A DNA stretch of 64,000 nucleotides from Octopus vulgaris (lineage: Eukaryota), in NCBI GenBank assembly GCA_951406725.2, contig OX597828.1, positions 1,364,001 to 1,428,000 on the forward strand, in the 5' to 3' direction. Positions 45,005 through 60,319 of this stretch are shown here, one piece after another; within the stretch, counting starts at the first letter, position 1; every line of letters starts with the position of its first letter. The notes beneath the pieces are model-generated. The model saw only the letters and a program-made list of their open reading frames with translations, made no database searches and was not told where the DNA came from. A program made the translations under genes and the position numbers.

Positions 45005-45480
45005 GGAAGATGGTATCATCAAATTGTAAGAAACGAAAATATGAAGATGAAAACAAATTTTAAGCCAGAATTGGAGGAAGATTTTGATTTCACCGTCAAA
45101 CATTTCTGCCGCATCTGCAATATGTCACTTAATCATTAGAAAGCCAGTTACTTGGGACATACTGTGAAAAACTGTTTCGCATGATTATCCACCTTCATTC
45201 AAGGGAAAACAAATTAACTGCGTCAAAATCATCACTAAATAGACAGCAAACATTGATGATAACGTTCAGCAAAGAAGACGATTTTGTTATATCATGGAAT
45301 ATAGTTCGTGCTAAACGTTTATATTCTGATAGCAAATTTGTTAAGAAGAATATAGCTGATGTTATATAACTGCTGCGACTAAAAGCTCAAACACCAGTTC
45401 CATGTCACGGTTGATAAATGTTACAAACGAAGAGAATAAACGAAAACTGAAACCTCGAAAATGATCTTACTGAGAATTAT
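45005..45480 (+). mobile_element. hAT (SPIN/GTF2IRD2-like) transposase N-terminal fragment
   Basis: KKRKYEDEN.F...EEDF.F and SWNI.RAK..YSD..FVK motifs. A CAGGGG-type TIR-like start at ~43419 may belong to it. Confidence 0.55.
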
Positions 45481-46219
45481 AGGTATTTCGAAACCTAACA
45501 GCGTACCCTAGGGGTGCCAACAATCATTGGAGTAGTCATATTTGCCAAATAAGAGTTACATCCGATAAAGTTCAGATGTTTAAGAGTCACAAGACGAACA
45601 AAATTTGCTCTGTGTTTACGTTAATGTCTGTGTCTGTATGTCCCACAACTTAGATCAATAACATAACATAAGCATCAGACTTGAGAAAATAAGTAGTGGG
45701 GTTGATATGGTTGACTAAATATCTTCAAGGCGGTGCCCCAACATCATCGCAGTCCAATGACTGATAGTAGTAAAATAAAAGTATATGTTTTAATTGTTAC
45801 ATGTATACATTTTGTATGTATGCAATAATATTTAACCATGAATGCATTGTTGAAAACTGTTAAATCGTATTAGATCCATTTTATACATCAAAAGTTTTAG
45901 CGTATTTAATACAGTAATAAACATGTAAGAAAAATGTAAGAAAAATGTGCGAATTTGCATTTCAGTATAATAAAATTAGACTGCCAACAATAAAAGTAAA
46001 AAGGAAAAAAAGTATATTTTAAATGATATTTAGTTATCTTAGTAGGTCAAAACATGAAAGAAAATATGTGAAAAAGCGAACTAAATAAAATTAGAGATAT
46101 TTAAATCAGACCATATATGCAATGTTAGTCTTATCATAATGTTTTTATGACAACACACAAAGCAACACATATCAGGATATTAAAGCTGCTAGTTATGCTT
46201 GTAGATGTCTTGTGGATTT

Positions 46220-46765
46220 CTATTTTGGTTGTAAGTAGTTGAAAACCGGCCGACATGTTGTCAAAGCTGTACAAACTAGCTCCATCAGGAGATGGTTTGT
46301 AAGGTTTGCATGATGCTTCGATTTCACAAATTCCATTACAGAAAACAGTGATCCATAGCAGTATGTTGTGCTGATAATTGGGATGAGTCGGACACGAGTT
46401 TTCTTTCGTTCAGGATATTTTATTTTTGGAACATGTTTCCAGAACGCAATTGCAGACTGGAATTTATGGATCATCTTTAGGCCCAAGTCTTCCTGTAATT
46501 CTATTAGCTCCATTCCCACAGAAGATGGTTCGGTAATTAGATGTTCTAGAATTGGACAACCATCATTGACCATATCAACCATAAATAGATTTACAAGAGA
46601 GATGAAGCAGGGCCTTATCTTCTGCGAGTCATCAAATCTGGTTAGGAAATTATCAAGTAGATCTATATTTAAATTGTATACTTCCAGTTTGTGGTCGTCT
46701 ATTCTTGTATCAGGGAAGGTATTTACCCTCCTTCCGAAACTGGGAAAGTGACAAAATCTTTTCAA
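46220..46765 (-). mobile_element. hAT transposase C-terminal (dimerisation) fragment
   Basis: F..RFDD, ELIELQ, FW..VP..KYP and STTY.C..LFS.M..VKSKH..NLT motifs. Confidence 0.75.
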
Positions 46766-47660
46766 TAGCACATTGGTAAAATGGAAAGATTAAAAATTGT
46801 GGTAGTAGTTGCTTTGCGCATTTCTCAATGTGCTCACTAAAGGGTATCATTCTGTATTCTGGGAATGCAATCTGTTGTCGATGCAGTGTGCATCAACGTC
46901 TGAGTGATAGTCCCGTGAAAAGTAAAAAAATGTGGTAGACCGAACTGTGCAACATGTCCAAACCTGCTAGAAGGATCAGAATTCCTCTTCAAAGAGGGAC
47001 AGAAATTCAAGATCAAATCTAATTTTACTTGTGCCCCTGAAAACATAATTTATGTCATAAAATGCTCGGGCTGCCACCAAGACTACGTGGGGTCCACGGG
47101 ACTATCACTTAGACGTAGATGCACACTGCATCGACAACAGATTGCATTCCCAGAATACAGAATGATACCCTTTAGTGAGAACATTGAGAAATGCGCAAAG
47201 CAACTACTACCACAATTTTTAATCTTTCCATTTTACCAATGTGCTATCGGAACACCAACACAAATTAGACTAAACAAGGAAACATTCTTCATTGAAAAAT
47301 ACAAGCCCAAACTTAACCATTCCAACATACTTATACAGAGAAATTCACTCCAAAAGAAAGGCAAGAAATTTTAAGCGATTATCTCCCTTACACTGGAAGA
47401 AATCACTTATTACCTCCCCTTATCTGGAACTCTTCTCAACGTAAACATAACGTTAACTCTTCTCAACGTAAACATAACGTTAACTCTTCTCAACGTAAAC
47501 ATAACGATGTAAGAAATTTGAAAAGCTGAACGCGAAACCGGTCATTTCTTTAAAAACTATGTCATTGTATGAAAAAATTTATAACATTCTTCAGACATAT
47601 TGACTTAAATATATATTCTTTAACCTTTTAAAACAAGCCTTCTGTAGTTTTTTCACTCTT
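46766..47660 (+). mobile_element. Penelope-like element 3' part (GIY-YIG endonuclease) with an inverted 5' copy
   Basis: KCGRPNCATC...NIIYVIKCSGCHQDYVGSTG..LRRR..LH at 46919-47374. 46766-46918 is the reverse complement of 47095-47248. Degenerate hammerhead at 47511-47550. Three short tandem repeats at 47428-47508. Confidence 0.85.
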
Positions 47661-47710
47661 TACTATTTTCTATATATTCAACCACGTGCTTTCACACACC
47701 AACTTTCTCA

Positions 47711-47776
<66 letters not shown>

Positions 47777-49788
47777 TACACGCATATGTGCGTGTATGTG
47801 CGCGTGTGTGCATGCGCGCACACATATTAGTTTATGCATGTGTGTATCTGTGTGTATGGGGGGTGCGTGCGCGCCCATGCACACATGCGCACGTTCGCAT
47901 AAATACAGACATGCACGCAAAAGCATATGACTACGTCCACACACATATACAAGTATATACCTGCACATATCGCCCCTTCCTACATCCCTCCGACCATGCG
48001 ACCAATTTCGTGTCCACCACACGGTCGATTTCTTGCCCACCACGTGGTCGATTTCCTGTTCACTATGCGGTATTTTCCAAGTAACACACACACACACACA
48101 CACACACATACATCCAATCATTCATACTACATACGGAGTGCATTCCAGAAGACGTTTTGAGACTTTTTTAGGAGAACTTATTGTAATTTTAGTATATCAT
48201 TATTATTCACCAAATAAGCTGATCTGGCGACTTTTGTCATTCTAGATTGAAGGAAGTGGCTGTAACAACACTTTGAACAATTCTTGTCACAGCTGATCCT
48301 TTTACTGAATGTAGTCAGGACGGGAAGACAAACTGGAAGTTCGTTATGAAATACAGTTTTCTGTTAAACTGGTCAAAAACGCTACAGAAACTTATGAAAT
48401 GCTCCAGGCTGCTTATGAATTAACTTGTATGAAATCCATTTCACTTACATATTCAATATCGTTGAGAGTGACGTAAACACCACACAGTCCGGTTGCAGGT
48501 ATTGTCCTCAACGAGAAATATATTTTATCAAGCGGGTTAAAGTGTTTTCACTATTAAGGCAATGTTTTGTCAGGAAAAAACCCAACAAAAAGTAATTTGT
48601 TATGGACAATTTAGCTGGAGTACGTATTTCGCGGACAACAAGAGTTAAGACAGATCTGTAGTAACTGTTGCAATCGTTTGTTTTTACCATTTTTTAAATA
48701 ACAGATTTTTTCAAAGAGTGTGTTGAGATTGACTTCATGCTTCAATCTCAAGAACTAATCTTGTTACAATGAAAGTCTTTTTTCAAGTTAAAACTTTTAT
48801 TAAAGTCCTCCCTATTAACTTCAAGTCTATTATTTCAATAATAATGTTCCCGTTTAGAATTGGAACAAGAGGATGTTTTTTTTAATGTTTTCAACGAAAT
48901 TAACGATTTAAGTAGATTGAAAAGAAATCGATTCTGGAAACGGAAGTTGGATTGCTGGTATTACCCACCATATCCTGGCCACTACTTTACTATGAAAGTA
49001 GCGTGTGCTTAAAGGAACAGAAATACAGATAAACACTATAAAAAAAGATGAGTAAGAGAATAGCTTTGAGTACCAGGGAAAATATTGAAAAAAATATAAA
49101 AATTACTAATTTGCTGTGAACAGGAAGAAACATAGGTTAAAACTGGATGAGAATGGGAGCAGAGAAAAGATAATGGAAATGAGTGAATGTGCATGAGGAT
49201 ATATTCGTTTATGTATGTGTGTGTTGTTAAATAAGAAAAATCAAAGGTGAAGAAAAATAAGCAAAAGCAAACTGAACAAAAAACTGCGATGAATACAAGT
49301 GAATGCAAGCAAAATATGGTATTTTATATGAATTTAAGAACGAGAAAGTTTTGATTCTTCAACTAAAACAATAAAGTGCCAGCAGAATGTCAATGTCATT
49401 TCTCACATAATCCATTCCTTATTTATAGTCAAATATTCAAAGATGTATTTGGTTATTATCTGTTTTATCTTTCGGTTGTGGTTCATCAGCGTATTCGCTT
49501 TGTAGATTGGAAGAAACGTAGAGCTGTAAATAAATACCAGCTGGTCTACATTAGAACAAACCACTACACTTAATAAAAGACGTGCTCGGAATCTCACGGA
49601 CTCAATATATTATGAGTAATTCACGTCAACACAATTCTTTGATTAAGATTCTTAAGTTAACTCGGATATATTGACTTACATCTTGAGTTAATAATTATTA
49701 TGCATCATCCTGTGTTACTATTTGAATGCAAGTTCAGAGTTGAAAGTAAAAATAATGTACATCCGGAATATATATATATATGTGTGCG

Positions 49789-49845
<57 letters not shown>

Positions 49846-50627
49846 CATATATATAATATATATATACATACATATATATATACACATACATACATACATA
49901 CATACATACATACATACATACATACATACATACATGCATACATAAATACATATATGTGTGTGTGTGTACATGTTACTGATAGCTGACTTTATTCTGATGC
50001 ACTCTAATCCAGTTCGAATTAATGGCTGAATTAATAATAGAACACTTATGTGCTGAGAAAGTCTGAGAAAAGTCGTCCAAAAAATTTTTAATATATATAT
50101 TTTGAGAGAGAAATGGAATAGATGGAAAACAGCGCAAGTTCAACTTTATTGGTTAATATAGTGGCATTTTAGATCCTATCCTAATAGTCCACATTCTAAT
50201 CAAGTTTTAAAAACACCCGGAAACTAATAGGTTCATCGTAAGTTAATCATTTATGGTTGAAATAATTTGGATCATCATTATTTCTGGTGAATCGACATAA
50301 CAGCATAACTTCAATTCTATTTTGCTTTTATTAGAAACACTGGTGTCTTTCAGAAAATGCTTTGCCTTTGCTTCCCGATAACTTCGCCGATTTAAAAGAT
50401 AGTTCTTTCCGCCAAATTACACAATAAGTCCACTGACTCTTTCTCAGCCGATGTCAAAGACTATAATATACTCCTGACGAGTAAAGATGCGCGCAGTATA
50501 TTTCTTGGATGAATGAGTCCTTCATATAAATTCAGTATGTTTTATCCAAAACGTTTACCCTTGAATAAATGACGCGCAAATACAGAAAAACAAAAATAAA
50601 GAAAAATTGCTTCGAAATTAAATTTTC

Positions 50628-50669
<42 letters not shown>

Positions 50670-51330
50670 CGCTTGCGTGTGCGTGTATGTGCATGTGTAT
50701 ACTTCTGTACGCGCGTGTGTATGTTGCGCGCGCGCGTCCATGTGTGCGTGTGTGTTCTCGTGTCCACGTGAAATTCAGCGTGTTTTATTCTGAACCTCAA
50801 ATAACAAAGTGTCCTGTTGTAGTCATTGGTATTGACATTATTTTACTTAGATCTTAATGCCAAATGAAGAAATTATCATTTCCTGTTTTCGCAAGTACTA
50901 AATAATTAACAACAGAAATAAAACAGAGAAAAAGCAAAAGGAGAAACAAACAAGTCTTTGTTTCATTTTGTAAGATATAGTTGAAAAAAACAAAACAAAC
51001 AAGTTCTTTTGTTGATATTGTCTTTCAGTTACCGATATACATTCTTTAGAGAAGTGCAAATTTGCAGAATTATTTGTTGATTAAAGCTCTGTAAAAATGC
51101 CTAAAACTCTTAGTTCAGGAAATAAAAACGAGTTGTTATGATTTAAAAAATTGTTAAACAACACTCGATATTAATCTTATCAAATTTCGTTAGTTTAATT
51201 TCGTTTAAGATTTGGAAATATCATATGCCAATATGGTTATTTTTTTAGGTTTAATCAACAAATAGTTCTGTTTCTATAAATTTCACTTCCGTACACACAG
51301 ACAGAGACAGACACGCGCACACACGCACAC

Positions 51331-51385
<55 letters not shown>

Positions 51386-51787
51386 CATGCATACATATTC
51401 TCATAGGTGTATTAACTTATGTATCAACAAATTTGCACAAAAGCCTAGAAATACTCGGTTTCAAGGAGAAAAAGCAAAAAGAGAAAAAATCTGACGTGGT
51501 TTTTCCACAGTGAAGTTTTGAAAAGACATTCCCAAAATTCACCATCTGACTTGGGTGTATGCATCGACAGTTCAATCAACACAACAATTCAACCATATAT
51601 TTACAAACACCGGTAATTCTCTTAATTCGAAAAGTCTTGTTGCTTTGATACCGACCGGCTTGAACTCTCTCAAGAAGAGCTTAAATAAAACTCTAAGAAA
51701 AACATAACTTTCCAGAAGTGGAGCATGTCTAGATATGCAACTATATGCATGAAAATACATACATAAAACAAAACATACAAATATGCA

Positions 51788-51859
<72 letters not shown>

Positions 51860-52543
51860 TACATACATACAAACCCTATCCTGTTATTGTTGTGAAATTC
51901 CAATGAAGGAGCCTTGGATCTAGATAAAAAGACCGGTTCTTTCTCCGTTGGCAGGAAATCTTGAAAAAAACTGAATAATGGCATACATATACTTACAGAC
52001 AGGCAGACAGACATGGGTCATGTCCACTGACAACCTATACAAAGAACACACAAAATATATAAGCACTAAACGTGAGGCGTCACATAACTGCCACTACATG
52101 CGCAAATGTCATCAAACAGCAACCCAGAACACTACTACAACAGCATCCTATGAACAGTAAATCCTATCATTGCAGACCAAACATAAAATACATACCAAAA
52201 TAGCAACAGCAATTAAACCCATTAACCTTAAACTCTATGCTGAGGTGCACACCACAAATGATAAACAACTCTGTTGCGTTCAACTGAGTCAGGCTTTCAT
52301 TGTGGCCACCAAGAACATAGAGCCAAACAGAAAGAGTACACACGTAGAATAATACACTATTCGATGTATTTGTTCAATTTACCTTGAGACAACGAGATAG
52401 CTTCTGCATAGTAAATTAAACTGCTAGAAATAGCTGTCAAATTCCCTTAAATAACAGCTTGCTGCCGTTGCAGTCCACAATGTACTCCCAGATATAAAAA
52501 AAGACGGGAGCAGTGGTCATGATTGTGTATGATTTTAAAATGA

Positions 52544-52725
52544 CCGTATTTTAACGTGTATAAGGAACCCATTTTTGTCAAAAATTAGGTTAAAAAATAT
52601 GGGAGTTTCTTATACATGGATAATATTATAACCCCTTACAAAACCTTTTTAACAAATTTTAAGCACGACCCAAATTAGGGGGTTCCCTTTACACGAGGGT
52701 TCCTTATTCACGTTAAAATACGGTA
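52544..52725. mobile_element. Pogo/Tigger-like MITE
   Basis: TIRs accgtattttaacgtgtataaggaaccc and gggttccttattcacgttaaaatacggta. Confidence 0.75.
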
Positions 52726-52809
52726 ATCATTTACAAATATATCTGAATAGAAATAAATTTTATACGACTATGAGGGTAGCACCAAGGTGTGTGTGAGTGT
52801 ATGTATGTA

Positions 52810-53305
52810 CAAGGCGCATTCCAGAAGTGCTGAGGCATTTTCAAGAGAGACATATATTTTCAGAGAAGTACAAAACTCTAATCCCCTTCAAAATAGGATT
52901 CTCTCACTTCAATGCACTCCAGCCACTTCGTGAAAACTCCGCCGAAGTCCTCCAAAGTGAAGTGTCTCGGACCCTTGTCACAGCCTCTTTTATCTTCTTC
53001 AGTTTGGGAAACAACCAAAAGTTGCTGGGAGCTAGGTCTGAGTTGTAGGGAAGGCGAGACAGTTTTGATGACCATCTCTGTCAAGTAGTTGGTTACCAGG
53101 ATGGAATCGTGGACCGGTGCATTGTCCCAGTGCCTGTACTCTGGACTTTTGCGATGACATCTCTCCCTAAACTTCCTCAAAATCTTCACAAAGTACTCTT
53201 TGTTGACCGTCAAGCCAGACGTAACCCAGTGGATGTAGATGATGTTCTTGCTGTCGAGAATGATAATCAGCATGAGCTTTCAGTGGACTTGCTTTGCCTA
53301 GCTCC
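52810..53305 (-). mobile_element. Mariner transposase 3' remnant
   Basis: G.TVNKEYF..IL..FR and HWDNAPVH motifs in ORF 52878-53273. Confidence 0.75.
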
Positions 53306-53345
53306 TTGATTGACTGAGAGAGAGAGAGAAAGAGGTGTGCTGAGA

Positions 53346-53394
<49 letters not shown>

Positions 53395-54854
53395 TGAGTG
53401 TGTGAGTGATTGACTGAGATAGAGGTGTTGTCATGTATGTGTAAAACGGCTAGGATTAGTTACACACGCACACAAATATATACGTACACCCATTATCTGT
53501 CGTATACACGTACATGCATAAATACATAGGTATACACGTTTTTTATGTGTGTGTGTGCGTGTGAGAGAGAGAGAGAGGGAGAGAGAGAAATCATTCACTG
53601 AGTAAAGGTGTGTGTTTTCTCATGGTGGTTTTTTTGCATTATAAATCCTTAAAATCCTTTAAAATGTTTTAGTCCGAAGGCCGCGGCCATGCTAGGGCAC
53701 CATACTTATGTATAAGTAGCTAAGTAAAATTTACGCTATCACTCTCTCTCTCTCTCTCTCTCTGTGTCACACACACACACCGAGCAACACACACTCCTCT
53801 CTCTCTCTCTCAGTCATTCACTGAAAAAAGATGCGAGAAAAAATAAATAAAAATGTGTTCTCTGTCTCTCTCTCTCTCTCTCTCTCACACACGTACACAA
53901 CATCAACACACACACGTCTATGTCCATTTCCTCTCTCTTTCACTTTATACTGACTTCAAACAAAATGTACATTTTCACTCACAACAATAAATAAATAAAA
54001 ATTTACGGAATTTACCGAACGCTATAAGCCGAGCTGCGCACACACCTTCGAGTTAAAACAAAAGATTGCCGAAATGGCTAGGCTATTGCCAAAATTTTAA
54101 AATAATATCTTAATTTAAAAAAATTTTTATGATATAATTACATTAATTAATACAGATGACGTAATTAAATTAATTACAAATTAGCGGTGACGTTAATAAT
54201 TTCTTCCTTACCTCAGTGATGCTGGTGACATATATTAAAAGTCCCTTATAAAACTATATCCATAAAAAAGTATAGAACTATATTATCACCCTAAAATTTG
54301 AGAAACAAACACTCTTAACTTTTTTCTTTTAGAATTTCATTGCATGAGATTGATACCATGAAATTCCTCGAATTGAGCTCTATCATTTAAGCTTAATTAA
54401 AATATAGTTTGTTTTTAAAATATAAAAGTTATTTATACTTATATCCAAATTTTTGCCTTACTTATATTTATTTTCATATTTTACCTCACAACTTCTTTTA
54501 TACAACTTTTTGTTGCATGGGATCAAAAACTATGACATTCTTCATGCTTTCTTCTATCATTGACGCTAAGATAAACATATTTTGCTTTTAAAATGAAAAA
54601 GGTAGTTAGATCTAAACTTGATTCGAGGTGTTACTCTCTTATAACGTTGCAACAAATTTTGATGCAAACTTTTTTCTACAGGACCAAATTTCAATTATTT
54701 AATGCGAAAATGTAGCTAGGGACCAGTCCTCTTCACAAATGTTCACAGTTTTCAATATGGTTGAGAACTGAATTAGCGACAAAGCCTTTAAGGTGTTGCG
54801 TGTGAGTAAATTGCAGCCTTAATAAAATTATTCAACTACGACCGTAGTTGAATG

Positions 54855-54884
<30 letters not shown>

Positions 54885-54885
<1 letters not shown>

Positions 54886-55345
54886 TGTAATGGACGCAGG
54901 TTCGTGTGTCATATAGCTAGCTAGAGGCGATGGCCTCTTGCAGATAATCAGCGACAGCTTTAGTCTTATATTTATGGACTGCCATATTAGTTTGGCGATA
55001 ACTATTAATATCTAGTAAGGCTGCCGTAATCTCCTGTATTAATGAAAACAAGTGGATGTATTACACTGAAACTAGGTAAATAAAATCTTCGAACAGACGG
55101 TCGGTAGCGACACCTGCTGAGTCTGACTACGCTGCATTGATAAAGGGCAACAACCCTGAAACATGTCTGCAGATGTCTGACCAGCAAGGTGAAGCGGCTG
55201 ACCTCCCCTGTTCGAAGGTTGTAATGGGTACAGGTTCGTGTGTCATATAGCTAGCTAGAGGCGATGGCCTCATGGAGCTAATCAGCGACAGCTTTAGTCT
55301 TATATTTATGGACTGCCATATTAGTTTGGCGATAACTATTAATAT
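54885..55345 (+). mobile_element. Penelope-like partial tandem terminal repeat
   Basis: About 127-bp direct repeats (54885-55011 and 55219-55345) flank a degenerate hammerhead at 55132-55172. Confidence 0.65.
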
Positions 55346-55657
55346 ATACGTAAGGTGTACTAGCCATCTGAATGTGGCTAGCCACTGGGGGTGGGGTGTT
55401 ACTGATGCTTTTAGCCCCAGGCGATCAACGTCACCAGATGGACTTTAGACACTATCTCAGTGCCCTTGTGTTATTTGCAAAGGGAGGTCATCCTCTCTCG
55501 AAGACCTAAGTACTACATACGGACTATAGTTTCAAGGTAATTGCCTCTCGTCAACGCATGGTAAGCACCGGTCTTCGATGAAGGAGTCCCCTTGCAAATA
55601 ATATATAACGTTTTTCACAGCAACCACTGTCACTGATTTAGAAAAACTGTCTGAAAG

Positions 55658-55757
<100 letters not shown>

Positions 55758-58484
55758 CACACACACAAATATTCTATAATTATAAGCATAATTATAATTA
55801 GGGGTCAGCTAATTGCTTCACCACATACCGAATTTAGAAATAGGAGTTAAAAATTCCTTTTGTACTACCGTAAGAACCCCACACACAGTAACACACTTTT
55901 TTACGTAGGCAAAGAGAAAAATAATGAATCAACACAACTCCGATTAGCCACAGACGCGTTTCGAGATTAAAGTGTTTTATTACTTACTCCTCATCACCAG
56001 TGTAGCATTTCCAATATAAAATTTGAAAGTGCTAGGGTTAAATATGTACACAATCGACTGACATCGTGCAACAGATATCCAACCAACACTTCCAAAATTT
56101 GGTGCAATTAATTCAACGATCTTCAGTTTATGAGAATTCATGATAATGGTGATAATACCGATTCTGAGAATGGTGAGTATTAGTTGTGTCATTTTATATC
56201 TTTGTTTTATTTTATTTTTATTCGACTAATTACGTTTCCGCTGTAAATTATCAGGTTGCAGTGTGGAATAACATGCAAGGACAAAACTACGATGGACGAT
56301 TGAACTGAAATTAGGGACACTAATAGTTGCAGACATGTAGTTTCGTGTTTCAATTCGAAAAATAATATTATTTTGCAACATTGGTCTCGAAGTAAACTAT
56401 TTTCTAAAAAAACACTTAAGCAAATCATATGTTCATACCTAAAGGACTGCACAAGATGCTATTCTCCTGGTTTCCAAGATCCAAAGACTTCTCTGAAGTT
56501 AACTTTGTTACCAACAAGAATCATAAAATAAAATAGGCAAGAACCATAAAATAAAATAAATGTAATGCTTAAAAGTGTCCCGAAATGTTTTAAAGGATTG
56601 GATTTTTCAAATGAAGTGCCAGCCCCATTTTATTTTACATGAAGTATGCTATTGTCCCTCCACATAATTTTGTTAACATACATTATTGAACATTTTAGAT
56701 TTCCTGCAATTATTGGGCAAGAATTTAGCGTTTGTAGTTTAATTTCTAATAGATTTATCTTACTCACAAAATAACACATAAGAAAAATTTATAGAAAAAT
56801 ATAAACATAAAATAATCGGAAATATTTTGGTATGTGTAGAAATTTCTTAAATACCTCTAATTTCTTAAGCCCTATACGACGTCTTTTGAATATTACCAAA
56901 TATACACTTTCCCAAACTAAGCATTTGTCCTTTTAGAATTGAATTCATCTTGAACTTCTGTGTGTGAAATAAAAGAAACAATTATACGATTGGTTTTGGT
57001 ACATATTGGTTCTGTTATACAAATAATAACATTGTTCTGACGGCGATTCTCTTATCTTTTCTTTCCTTCACCAGTTTGTCGGTCATCTCTAAGCATGGTT
57101 GCGTGGTTTAAAAGTTTTCTTCGCAACTATGTGATTTTGGGTTTGTTACCATTGCGCAACGTTTTTGGCAAATATCCTTTATCAAAGCTTTACTCGAATC
57201 GATCAAAGAGTGAAATTTTGGAGAGGCAATCTGTGTGGAAGCCCGTTAGGATGGGCTATAGTCACAGGTCTTGGATGAGTCGTTAGCGAATGCAAGTCTC
57301 GCTTTGAGGATAACTTCTTTATCTCTTACCTGTCTTGGAGTCCCTGAAAAAAAAAATAATGGGCATCGTCGCTACTTCTCTGACAAAGAGATAAAAATCC
57401 ATTGCTAATTTAATGAAACTAGTTTTTGATATGACTAGAAAGTAATGAAAATCTACGTCAACTATCTTGGAAAAAAAAATGATGCCCCATACACTATGAG
57501 ACATTCCCATAGAAAGGTCCACTAAGAAAGTTTTAAGTAAGATATTTAAGTAATAGAGGATAATATAATTAGAAGGAATATTATAAATCTATCCATAAAT
57601 GCTGGTTTACATTCAAGCTTTTGCGCACCTATCAAATGTAGTCATTAAGATTTGCGTTTTTTCTCTACTGTGGTTGTAATTTGATTTAATTAATATTTCT
57701 TATCCCACACCAGTAAGTAGTCTAGTATTCACTTTATTGCTTGTTTTTCATACACTTTAATAGATCAAGACATCAAAGACTATACACGATATGTAGCTAC
57801 TCTCGATTCCCAGTAGCCATACAAAGCTTTCCACTGCACCAACACTACCAGGTCGCAAAAAAAAATAAGTGGGGTTTTCTGCAGTGACAATAACCAAAAC
57901 AAAATTACGAAGTAGAATCAGGCATAAGGAACATACTTCGAGTGTCATTGTCTCCCATCACTTCCAGATGGGATCGCCTAGTTGCAGAGAAACGATTCTT
58001 GCTAATGTGGAACCTATCATAACAATAGAAGTTCTATCAAAAAAATTACCGTAGATTTATGCCAAATGAAACCTCAGAAATGTTTCATAGAAATATAGCA
58101 TTGAAGACAGGCGTTCTTTCACCTGCAAGTGTGAAGATGGTTGACTAGATGTATGTGAGCCTTTCAGTGGCAGCATTTAGGGCACACACACTTTTAATAC
58201 AGTGATCTAACAATGGGGAATAAGTCTTTTTGTAATAATGTTACAAGGTTTCACAAAGTAACATGAATTGTGAGTAATATCTCAAAGAAAAGAATCTATA
58301 TTTAGATTTAGGCAAGTTAGTACAATAATAGATACAAAATAGTTTATTATGCATCTATTATTGTCTGTATATGTATATAATATTTATGTACCTTATCATA
58401 CATGTAGTATATTTTACCCCGAGTATATATGTACATGAATTCTACTGTGTGTATATATGTGTATGCGTGCATATGTATTTTATG

Positions 58485-58602
58485 GTACTGGGTTCAGTCC
58501 CACTGCGTGACATCTTGGGCAAGTGTCTTCTGCTATAGCCCCGGGCCGACCAATGCCTTGTGAGTGGATTTGGTAGACGGAAACTGAAAGAAGCCGGTCG
58601 TA

Positions 58603-58663
<61 letters not shown>

Positions 58664-58872
58664 TTGTGTGTCTGTGTTTGTCCCCCTAGCATTGCTTGAC
58701 AACCGATGCTGGTGCTTTTATGTCCCCGTCACTTAGCGGTTCGGCAAAAAGAGACCGATAGAATAAGTACTGGGCTTACAAAGAATAAGTCCCGGGGTCG
58801 ATTTGCTCGACTAAAGGCGGTGCTCCAGCATGGCCGCAGTCAAATGACTGAAACAAGTAAAAGAAAAAGAAA
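58485..58872 (+). mobile_element. tRNA-derived SINE
   Basis: B-box ggttcagtccc, ttgggcaagtgtcttct core, internal (TA)n, body as at 15655. Confidence 0.8.
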
Positions 58873-59327
58873 GAAAGAATTTGTATATTACTCCTTTATG
58901 CGTGTGTATTTTATTGTATATACGAATGCATTACCTTGTTGTGTTACAGTGTATATGTATATATTGTGTGTACGAACATTGGTTTGTTAGTATTTTGCTA
59001 ATGAGCTACTTATTGTTTGGCAACTGCATCTTGCTCTATACTGTGAAAGAAGGTAATTATTTACCTACTGACTGGGTTGTATGCCACTGGTGCACGACGT
59101 CATGTTTTTCCGTTTTGTATTTATATTAAATCAAGGCATATTTTTATAGATACCTCTTTTCTGTACTGCCAGTTGGGGGTTTGGTTTGATACATCTAGCA
59201 ACGCTGTGGAGTACATGCTTAAAAAAATAGTCATCTTATAAAAAGAAAAAAAAAAGTCCAACTACGTAAGTTCGTCATGTTTGCTTACTCATGTACAAAC
59301 AAGCTTGCCGAGGGTGAAGTAGAAAGG

Positions 59328-59396
<69 letters not shown>

Positions 59397-59445
59397 AAAC
59401 TAATAAGAATACATACACACATAAATCTAAATACACAATCTCTCG

Positions 59446-59516
<71 letters not shown>

Positions 59517-60319
59517 AGAATAAATATGAAGAATAAATATGGCACTACTTTATTATTTGTTGCAGTTGTTCCTGAACCACTCTGTTTCTAACCACGTGAT
59601 GCAATATATGTGGCTCAATATATCGGAGTTGTACATTAACAGACTGCATTAAGCATTAAGTCTTGACTTTTCGCATTATGCAAGGAATTTGTATTTTGTG
59701 TTTCTTATACAGGGAAGAACGAGAACAAAGAGTACAAAAATGATAATAATTATGAAACAGGATGAAAATAATAACAATTACAATAGCAATACCTACGATA
59801 CTAAAACTGGTAAAAACGGCATCGATAAGACACTGGATAGTAATAAATCACAAATGTAAACTGTGACAAATGTTGAAAATATTACGGACCAGGATAATAA
59901 CAATGATGATGGCAATAATGGTTTCAAATTGTGACACAAGCCCAGCAATTTTGGGGATGGAGACTAGTCGATTACATCGACCCCAGTGCTCAGCTGGTAT
60001 TTATTTTAGCGACCACGAAAGGGTGAAAGGCAGAGTCGACCTAGGCTGAATTTGAGCTCAGGACGTAAAGACGAACGAAATGCCTCCATTTGCAATATCG
60101 TGCGCTGCTTGTCTTGATATGAAATCACCAACCCATGCACATATGGTTGTGATGTATGAGCCTGGTGTACCCATATCATACTGGTAGTCATAATTGGAAC
60201 ATTGGGCTTCGAATATTTGTATTCCAGTGTCACTTTGATGGCATGCGCTGTTCTCTCCCTCAGTAATAATAATAATAATAATAATAATAATGATAATAAT
60301 AATAATAATAATAATAATA

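Noticed and set aside
51640-51960. Possible hammerhead variants near 51650, 51905 and 59570
   Set aside because: Could not assemble a complete core with paired stems.
57757-58130. Possible minus-strand terminal exon after a CACTTGCAG acceptor (GERTPVFNAIFL*)
   Set aside because: Too short, no recognisable homology, and no partner exon found in the window.
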